Shown here: positions 57,491-64,000 of the stretch, piece after piece
How positions within the stretch are numbered: position 1 is the first letter of the stretch
Layout of the letters: every line of letters begins with the position of its first letter
Origin: a virus
Lineage: Duplodnaviria > Heunggongvirae > Uroviricota > Caudoviricetes
Length of the DNA stretch: 64,000 nucleotides
Strand: one strand, 5' to 3'
IMG/VR virus record: IMGVR_UViG_3300031413_000001
The notes under the pieces: model-generated
The model's database searches: none
The model's input: only the letters and a program-made list of their open reading frames with translations
What the model was told of the DNA's origin: nothing
Translations under genes and position numbers: made by a program

Positions 57491-57990
57491 TGAAGATTCT
57501 CACAACCGAAAATACCACCTTTGAGATGAACAACATCCCAGACGAAGTGGAAGACATCCGGTATTGTGTTCTAGACTACAGTGATCAGGCAAATATTGAT
57601 TACATCTTTATTCCATTGTTGTTTCTAGAATCCTTCAACAGTCCAGCTGTTGATCTACGATTGGGAAAGCATAGGATTCAAATGCCCATGGACTGGAGCA
57701 TTGTGATTGGGGATAAGAACTCGGGCGATCTCGAGATTCTATCTTTGAAGCAGCTCAATGACCGTGAGTTTGATGCCTTTGCAATCAACCCCATCAATGG
57801 CTACATGCCACACTTTCATGACATTGAAATCATGAACGTGTTTCCAGATGTCAAGTGGTACTTTCCCAAGCTGAAGTATGGTCATATCCTGGCCGCTCCA
57901 CTTGATGACAGTCCCAATCCTCAGTGTGCCTTCTTTGTCAAGGACACCAATAAGATTCCAGAACACTTGGACATCACGCAGTTGGTGTAA
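57490..57990 (+). CDS. Hypothetical protein coupled to uvsW
   Basis: TAATG coupling; LFLESFNSPA, VKWYFPKLK. Confidence 0.75.
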   Translation: MKILTTENTTFEMNNIPDEVEDIRYCVLDYSDQANIDYIFIPLLFLESFNSPAVDLRLGKHRIQMPMDWSIVIGDKNSGDLEILSLKQLNDREFDAFAINPINGYMPHFHDIEIMNVFPDVKWYFPKLKYGHILAAPLDDSPNPQCAFFVKDTNKIPEHLDITQLV

Positions 57991-58277
57991 TGGGAAAAGT
58001 CTTATTCCTACCGGGCGTTGATCCAGATCCACCGACCAGAAGTGAGTTGGTGGATCTGGCATCCGAGTTGGTCCTTCAGTGCGTCATAGACGTATTCAAC
58101 GAACAGCGAATGAACCCCACGCACCTGGCCATCTGGCTTCGTGCGATTCGTGATTACTTCTGGAAGCAGGAGATCAAGGTGGAGTTTCGTCGCTTCCGTG
58201 AAGAAGACCTTCAGCGGTGGCGCACTCATTGGCGGGAGCAGGCTTTCCGAGATATTGAGAGTAGGCGTCCTCGTTAA
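57990..58277 (+). CDS. Hypothetical protein
   Basis: TAATG coupling. Confidence 0.6.
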   Translation: MGKVLFLPGVDPDPPTRSELVDLASELVLQCVIDVFNEQRMNPTHLAIWLRAIRDYFWKQEIKVEFRRFREEDLQRWRTHWREQAFRDIESRRPR

Positions 58278-58312
58278 TTGACGTTCCTGGTGCAACCACG
58301 TTAGGGTTGGGT

Positions 58313-58561
58313 ATGACAGTTCAGCGCATCGCCCAACCCTATGTGGTCTTTTGGAAACATGATGACAGCCAGGCTCAGATTTTGCGCGAATGGTGCCTTG
58401 ATAATCTGGTAAATCATTATGTGGTGTTCTCGGCTGAGAGCAGGGAAACGTATTTGATCGACCTATTAGAGCCCACGCATGAAAAGATGGGTCAGACATC
58501 AATCTTTATGTTTGATTGTCCCAAAGATGCGATGCTCTTCAAACTAACGTGGGGAGGATAA
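58313..58561 (+). CDS. Small protein with C-terminal DAMLFKLTWG motif
   Basis: Motif shared with 61487-61801, 53284-53727, 23582-24187. Confidence 0.65.
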   Translation: MTVQRIAQPYVVFWKHDDSQAQILREWCLDNLVNHYVVFSAESRETYLIDLLEPTHEKMGQTSIFMFDCPKDAMLFKLTWGG

Positions 58562-59089
58562 ATGGCAAAGAAGCCAACTAAGTCCGTAGTTGAGAAGGCT
58601 CCAAAGAAGCCCAGTCTCGATATCAAGGATGAGATGTATCATACCGAACGAAAGGACTTCAACTGGCTCTCCAAGCAGCCAGAGGAAATGGCCAAGACCT
58701 TCAGTCCCCTGATCGCTATGAAATGGTTTAGTGTCAGCAGCATTGAACCCGAGCATTACATCTGGATGGTCAATGAGTTCCTGAACAAGGACTTTTGGGA
58801 CTACAGCAAGCATCCCGATCTTTGCTGGCGTATCCTGGCTGCAATTGGCAAGGGACGCCGTGATGGTGACCGAACGCATGGCTGGATCAATCTTGCCAAC
58901 AAGCGGAAGACTGTCAGCAAGGTCAATGCCGTTTTTCTAAAACTCTATCCGCAGCTCAATGATGAGGAACTGATGATCCTCAGGGGAAAGTATGATGCGG
59001 ACTCTTTCAAGCAACTTTTGCGCGATCTGACCATCGACGAAAAAGAAGCCAAGGATCTCCTAACAGAGTTTAAGAAAACAAATGGTTGA
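58562..59089 (+). CDS. Clamp-loader small subunit-like (gp62-like)
   Basis: FSPLIAMKWFS, YIWMVNEFLN, KHPDLCW, HGWI pattern. Confidence 0.5.
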   Translation: MAKKPTKSVVEKAPKKPSLDIKDEMYHTERKDFNWLSKQPEEMAKTFSPLIAMKWFSVSSIEPEHYIWMVNEFLNKDFWDYSKHPDLCWRILAAIGKGRRDGDRTHGWINLANKRKTVSKVNAVFLKLYPQLNDEELMILRGKYDADSFKQLLRDLTIDEKEAKDLLTEFKKTNG

Positions 59090-59816
59090 TGCAACGGAAA
59101 AGCCCAAGCGGGCCAAGAAGGTCAAGGTAATTGAGGTCAAGCCCATTACCTATCCATGCTCTTTCTGCAAAAAGGAGTTTGCCCGCGAGAGCTCCTTTAT
59201 CAATCATATGTGTGAGAAAAAGCGCCGATGGCTTTGGCGCGATGAACGGTACATCAGGATTGGCTTCATGGCCTTTCAGATGTTCTATACCCTGAGCGTT
59301 CGTAGCAAAAAGGAAAAGAGCTACGAAGAGTTCATGGAAAGCCAGTACTTCACAGCATTCACAAAGTTTGGCCGATACGTTGAGCACATCAATGGTATCG
59401 AGGTTCAGGGCTTTGTGGAGATGCTGATCAAGAACAACATCAAGTTAGACGATTGGACCAACGAAGCTTGGTACGAGAGCTGGACGCGTGAGCTGGCCAA
59501 AAAGGAAGATCCGGCCAAGGCCATTGAACGCAACATTCTCCTCATGGAGCAATGGGGTCGAGACACTGGTGAGAACTGGATTGACTTCTTTAGAAAGGTC
59601 AGCACGGCTCAGGCAACTCTCTGGATCAGGAAGGGACGTATCAGTCCCTGGCTTTTGTTCAGTGGTGTTGGTCACGCGCTATTTGACAGAATGAGCGACG
59701 AGCAATTAACGATGGTAAAAGAGTGGATCAATCCTCTGTTTTGGAATTCCAAGATCCGGGACAACAAGGAAGAGGTTGATATGATCCGCATGATATTGGA
59801 ATCAGCAGGCGTATGA
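59082..59816 (+). CDS. Zinc-finger replication-module protein
   Basis: CSFCKKEFARESSFINHMC; WIRKGRISPW. Confidence 0.65.
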   Translation: MVDATEKPKRAKKVKVIEVKPITYPCSFCKKEFARESSFINHMCEKKRRWLWRDERYIRIGFMAFQMFYTLSVRSKKEKSYEEFMESQYFTAFTKFGRYVEHINGIEVQGFVEMLIKNNIKLDDWTNEAWYESWTRELAKKEDPAKAIERNILLMEQWGRDTGENWIDFFRKVSTAQATLWIRKGRISPWLLFSGVGHALFDRMSDEQLTMVKEWINPLFWNSKIRDNKEEVDMIRMILESAGV

Positions 59817-60460
59817 CAGTAGATGATATCAGAAAACTTCAAGCATTGTCCGGTTCAGGAGTGCAGCTTTCAAAGAGCATGATGTCCCAGGCTCTGGGAT
59901 TGACTGAAGATGAGCTCAGGGAAAATGAGCGCATGTGGCAAGAGGAAAACTTGCGCCGTGATGCGGACATTGAATACAAGCGAGCCTACAACAAGGCACG
60001 TTTGGAAGCACTGACAACGCTGTTCCCTCGTGGTCACGACCACATTCAAAATATCGACAAGATGGTTGAGATTGCCCGCGATGATCAGCTGAATCCACTG
60101 TATGAGCAGACGCTCCGGGATTTTGATGATGCCAAGCTGGCAATGAGTCGCGCCGCCAACAAGCTGGCCCAAGCGGTCAAGCTCACTGACAGCGACAAGC
60201 TCAGTGAGATGTCCAAGCTGGATGACTACTCAACAGTCTATGCCAAGAGCGGCGGCATTGGTGCCATGCTGGGAAGCAAGGGCGCAAGCTCAATCAGCGG
60301 CAGTCATGGTCCAGTGGGACCCACCGGCGTCCCAGGACCTCCTGGGGCTCAGGGAGTCCGTGGACCTTCTGGTCCTCCAGGACCTCCGGGACCAATCGGT
60401 CCTGCTGGTCGAACCTCAGTTCAGATGTTTCTGGACTGGTTCCTAGCCCGCAATAAGTAG
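59813..60460 (+). CDS. Collagen-repeat protein with portal-like N-terminal motif
   Basis: LGLTEDELRENERMWQEEN matches the portal C-terminus; about 12 Gly-X-Y triplets near the C-terminus. Confidence 0.75.
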   Translation: MTVDDIRKLQALSGSGVQLSKSMMSQALGLTEDELRENERMWQEENLRRDADIEYKRAYNKARLEALTTLFPRGHDHIQNIDKMVEIARDDQLNPLYEQTLRDFDDAKLAMSRAANKLAQAVKLTDSDKLSEMSKLDDYSTVYAKSGGIGAMLGSKGASSISGSHGPVGPTGVPGPPGAQGVRGPSGPPGPPGPIGPAGRTSVQMFLDWFLARNK

Positions 60461-60464
60461 AAGT

Positions 60465-60827
60465 ATGAGCGACACAAACTTCTACCCCTCGATGTATGGT
60501 GGTCCGCTTCGTCACAACGCGGCGGACACCAACAAGACTCCTTCTGCCCAGGCAGCCGCTGACAAGTTCAAGCAGGCAAGTCGTGTGATTGGCGGCCTCA
60601 AGGCCCAGAATGCCCACACGCGAACCGTTGAGGTAGATGGCGAGTACCACACCTTCCCCACAGCTGAGTATGTCAGTCAGATGGAGACCCAGCTCAAGGA
60701 TGCACGAAACAAGATTCGTGACCTTGAGACCCGTCAGGGACGCCTTGTTCGAAACAACAACAAGGTGATGGAAAAGCTTCGTTCGATTGAACAGGAACTG
60801 GCTAACAAAATTGACATCCGACCCTAA
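60465..60827 (+). CDS. Small coiled-coil protein
   Basis: C-terminal heptads. Confidence 0.7.
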   Translation: MSDTNFYPSMYGGPLRHNAADTNKTPSAQAAADKFKQASRVIGGLKAQNAHTRTVEVDGEYHTFPTAEYVSQMETQLKDARNKIRDLETRQGRLVRNNNKVMEKLRSIEQELANKIDIRP

Positions 60828-60846
60828 GCAATCGTAGTCTGGAACT

Positions 60847-61473
60847 ATGAGCCATAGAATTCCAGACATTGACATCGACTTCAAGGACCGTGATGCGGCC
60901 CTCGAGGAATTGCTTCACATTCCAGCAAGTCGATTGGACAAGGGTGACCTCGTCAAGCACAACGTTGGTGTGTACTTTCAAAGTATCCCAACGGACCCAC
61001 TGACTGGCTTGGCCTCCATTCCCTATAAGGAAGCGGAAGCGCGAAACTACTTCAAAGTGGACTTTCTAAACCTGAAACTCTACAATGAAGTACAGAGTGT
61101 TGCCCACATGGACAAGCTGATGTCCATGGAGCCCGTTTGGGATTTGCTGGAAGACGAGGACTTTGTCAGCACGTTGTTCCATCTTGGTAACTGGGCAGAG
61201 CTTACAGCGGCCTACAAGCCAAGAAGCGTTATGGAACTTGCAATGGTCCTGGCTGTGATTCGTCCGGGAAAGCAACACCTGATGGGGCTTCCCTTTGATG
61301 AGTTGGAAAAGGATATCTGGAATGTGGATCCAGATGCTGATGACGACTACATGTTCAAAAAGGCCCACGCGGTTTCCTACGCTTACGCGGTGGTCGTTCA
61401 GATAAATCTGAAAGTTGAGGCCCTCTTTGCGGAACCGGCAATACCAGAACACGATCAGACAACGGGGAGTTGA
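60847..61473 (+). CDS. Miniature DnaE (Pol III alpha)-like nucleotidyltransferase core
   Basis: PDIDIDF, KHNVGVY, KVDFLNL, AVIRPG, FKKAHAVSY; lacks PHP and C-terminal domains. Confidence 0.8.
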   Translation: MSHRIPDIDIDFKDRDAALEELLHIPASRLDKGDLVKHNVGVYFQSIPTDPLTGLASIPYKEAEARNYFKVDFLNLKLYNEVQSVAHMDKLMSMEPVWDLLEDEDFVSTLFHLGNWAELTAAYKPRSVMELAMVLAVIRPGKQHLMGLPFDELEKDIWNVDPDADDDYMFKKAHAVSYAYAVVVQINLKVEALFAEPAIPEHDQTTGS

Positions 61474-61486
61474 TCACTGGCTAGAC

Positions 61487-61801
61487 GTGGAAGTCTTTTC
61501 CACTATCTATCCTGAGCCTCAACGACTCTACAGCGTTCCAGTCACAATACTGGAGCCCCAGGAATTGCTCCTAGATCAGGGTAGATTTGCTTTGTATGTG
61601 AACACCATGCAAGAGCATGTGGTGACGTTTCCAATGACCGGAAACACTATGATCTGTTTCAACGAAAAACTTCAATGGATTGAGCAGAACGTCAAAGGCA
61701 ACTGGTCCTTCAACGTCTCAATGCAGCATGTAAATGAGGGCAGTACCAGCTGGTCGTTTGCCAACTTGCAGGAAGCAGTATTGTTCAAGCTGACGTTTTA
61801 G
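61487..61801 (+). CDS. Hypothetical protein (EAVLFKLTF family); start uncertain
   Basis: WIEQNVKGNW...FANLQEAVLFKLTF. Confidence 0.6.
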   Translation: MEVFSTIYPEPQRLYSVPVTILEPQELLLDQGRFALYVNTMQEHVVTFPMTGNTMICFNEKLQWIEQNVKGNWSFNVSMQHVNEGSTSWSFANLQEAVLFKLTF

Positions 61802-62163
61802 AGCTGCTTTCGAACAAGCTGAATCTGGCGACGCTTGACGCGCTTTACCATAACGGTATCAAGGCTCACACTTGGTCCCTGAATGATCTCAAAATCACTG
61901 GTGATAAAGGATTTCAAGTATGGACGAAAGATCGTCCAGCGATCCTTTAGTGTGACGTTGATGGGCATCTGGCGGTTTGTTTCCCACCACCACTCATCAC
62001 CAAGCTGAAGAAACAGCTTCTTGTGGTCTTCGTCTGGGAGACTGTTGTAGATATACATTGATGTGATCTGACTGTCCGAGTTACCAATGATACCCAGGTA
62101 GTCTTGCTCGAGATATCGACCAAGCGTCAGAAATGGAAACTTTTCAAGCTGTGGAAGATTCAC
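61798..62163 (-). CDS. Hypothetical protein
   Basis: GDEWWWETNRQMPIN; own TAAATA promoter. Confidence 0.7.
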   Translation of the reverse strand: MNLPQLEKFPFLTLGRYLEQDYLGIIGNSDSQITSMYIYNSLPDEDHKKLFLQLGDEWWWETNRQMPINVTLKDRWTIFRPYLKSFITSDFEIIQGPSVSLDTVMVKRVKRRQIQLVRKQL

Positions 62164-62182
62164 TTAGCGACCCTAACCCTTA

Positions 62183-62201
62183 CTAAATACTGCATATTTA
62201 G
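62183..62201. promoter_or_regulatory. Palindromic overlapping late promoters
   Basis: CTAAATA-CTGCA-TATTTAG between divergent genes. Confidence 0.6.
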
Positions 62202-62233
62202 CCCAGCCAGAATGGGCATCCTGAGGGGACAGC

Positions 62234-63058
62234 ATGACCGTATTCTTGTACGAAGTTAAGAGAAAGGTTGAGTTGACCCTCCGCGAGTCTGCTGGCACAG
62301 TGAATTGGAACCTCCCCATGAACAGCAATGACTTCAGGGTCTTCAAAGACTCCCACAATACCATTGAGTTCGTGGTCCGCAACACTGATCGAAAACCAAT
62401 TAACCTGATGGGCCGGAGCGTACAGATCAACCTGTATGACCAACGAACGTCCAAGCTGATGTTCAACTCCAAGCTCAGGATCACCAATGAGGCCAAGGGT
62501 ATCGCAGTTCTTGATATCACACCCGATGTAACGGCCGATTGGTTTATCCAGACTTACAGCTACAGCGTCGTAGTTACCAACAGTGATGGTTCGCGTCACA
62601 TGCTCTATGTGGATGAGCATGAGGGACAGCGTGGGTTCTTTGAGCTCTCCCAGGGTCCAAAGTTTGATCCCTTTCCCAGCTATGAAGTTGAATGGGAAGC
62701 ACTCATGCAGACCGCCGAGACGCCCAACAACACACGGACAAGCTACCGCTACTCATCGGCCTTTCCTGGCAGTCTACAGCGCAATAACACCGCAGGACTT
62801 CACAGTGCCGTGGTCTATCTGGAAAACTTCAGCGGAGAGTTGAAGATTCAGGGATCCGTTGAAGAGGGAGACCCCGCGGAAAGTGACTGGTACGACATTC
62901 AGGTGTTAGAGTTCGATAAGACTACAGGATTGCAAAACGTTTCCTGGGAAGCCAATTTGATGTGGGTGCGATTCTTCGTCCGCAGCAATGGCGACAATCA
63001 CTATGACGCGCTCGACGTCAACACGGGCAAGATCACCAAACTGGTGTTTAGAAATTGA
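62234..63058 (+). CDS. Putative virion structural protein (beta-rich, BppU-N-like)
   Basis: IEFVVRNTDRKPINL, YSYSVV; late promoter. Confidence 0.55.
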   Translation: MTVFLYEVKRKVELTLRESAGTVNWNLPMNSNDFRVFKDSHNTIEFVVRNTDRKPINLMGRSVQINLYDQRTSKLMFNSKLRITNEAKGIAVLDITPDVTADWFIQTYSYSVVVTNSDGSRHMLYVDEHEGQRGFFELSQGPKFDPFPSYEVEWEALMQTAETPNNTRTSYRYSSAFPGSLQRNNTAGLHSAVVYLENFSGELKIQGSVEEGDPAESDWYDIQVLEFDKTTGLQNVSWEANLMWVRFFVRSNGDNHYDALDVNTGKITKLVFRN

Positions 63059-63115
63059 CGTCCTAGATCGAATTGTCCTATACTGGGACATACCGATCAG
63101 AATAAGAGGCCGTAA

Positions 63116-64000
63116 ATGCCCGGAATTGACTATGAAAAGCGGTACCGCGATTATGCGCGGTTCACCCCTGCTATCTCTGAAATGTACACCCGCTATGTGG
63201 TGAACGAAAACCCCAAGCGTGAGCCACCCGTCTCGCGTGAGGCACTGAACTTTCTCGATCCAGAGACTGGTTTGTTCTATCTGCCTTGCAGCCTTTACTC
63301 GGCTGGTCAGGCAGCAAAGAGTGCCAGTGGTGCCCATCGAACTGACATGGTCACCGGGCGTGATAAAAGCCACACCACGATCCTAGGCGATAGTGGTGGG
63401 TTCCAGATCCAGACTGGCGCCATCAAGTTCAAGGGTGATGAAACCCGCGACCGCATGATGAAGTGGATGGAAAAGAACTGCGATTGGAGCATGATTCTGG
63501 ACTTTCCAACGGGTGGTATTGGCATGGGAACAATCCCAGATCACTACGATCGCTTGACGTCTCCGCTGGATCCTGAGATCCCCGACAGCGGCAACAGTGA
63601 AGCACTTACGGAGTTGATCCTGAAGAATGGTGGTGATCCAACAGATCATGATCAGCAGATGTTCTACACCTGTATGTTGCAGACCATCATCAACAACGAT
63701 TACTTTATCAAGCACAGGACTCCTGGCGCAACGAAGTTTCTCAATGTTGTTCAGGGCCGGAATGCCGAAGAAAGCAAGATCTGGTACGAGAATGTCAAGC
63801 ACTATCCTCTAGAGGGATGGAGCCTTGCAAGTCATCACAAGGAAAACTTTGAGATGACATTGGGTCGCATTATCAATATGCGAGACGACAACTTGCTGGC
63901 AGACCGGGACTGGATGCACTTTCTCGGTGTTGGCAAGTTCCAGCACGGTTGCATCTACACCACGATCCAGCGACAGGTTCGTGAGCAGATCAATCCCAAC
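63116..64000 (+). CDS. tRNA-guanine transglycosylase (TGT/DpdA)-fold protein, 3'-truncated; not in ORF track
   Basis: Manual translation is open to the window end: LGDSGGFQI, SMILDFP, NVVQG, MHFLGVG. Confidence 0.75.
   Translation, partial: MPGIDYEKRYRDYARFTPAISEMYTRYVVNENPKREPPVSREALNFLDPETGLFYLPCSLYSAGQAAKSASGAHRTDMVTGRDKSHTTILGDSGGFQIQTGAIKFKGDETRDRMMKWMEKNCDWSMILDFPTGGIGMGTIPDHYDRLTSPLDPEIPDSGNSEALTELILKNGGDPTDHDQQMFYTCMLQTIINNDYFIKHRTPGATKFLNVVQGRNAEESKIWYENVKHYPLEGWSLASHHKENFEMTLGRIINMRDDNLLADRDWMHFLGVGKFQHGCIYTTIQRQVREQINPN

Overview
The window is a 64-kb segment of a T4-superfamily (Rak2/GAP32-like organisation) jumbo myovirus. The host is probably an alphaproteobacterium, inferred from the PncB, OMP and DUF4170-like proteins and the promoter style. 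The core modules are: head (tape-measure-like fragment, portal, two paralogous core proteins, prohead protease, scaffold, major capsid); neck and tail (gp15-, gp14- and gp13-like, lysozyme, sheath, tube, gp4-like, terminase); and replication/recombination (gp32-like SSB, UvsX, UvsY, AAA ATPase, UvsW, clamp-loader-like subunit, a miniature DnaE-like protein). A TGT/DpdA-fold gene runs off the right edge and is missing from the ORF track. A minus-strand accessory block (11.3-25.1 kb) carries MntP, an outer-membrane beta-barrel, an RNA ligase and a complete deamidating NAD+ salvage route (PncA, PncB, NadM-type NMNAT, NadE, plus Nudix). The strongest novelty candidates are: (1) a ~530-nt, densely base-paired non-coding region with its own promoter (about 35973-36505) one gene upstream of a Ro60/TROVE gene; (2) the four-enzyme NAD+ pathway, which differs from NARP1/NARP2; (3) a collagen-repeat protein carrying a near copy of the portal C-terminal motif; (4) repeated protease-delimited modules in two large head proteins; (5) a split, catalytically degenerate HARP-SNF2 pair. 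All protein calls come from motif recognition by eye and all RNA structures from manual pairing. No database search or folding program was run. No tRNA genes, CRISPR array or transposase were seen.
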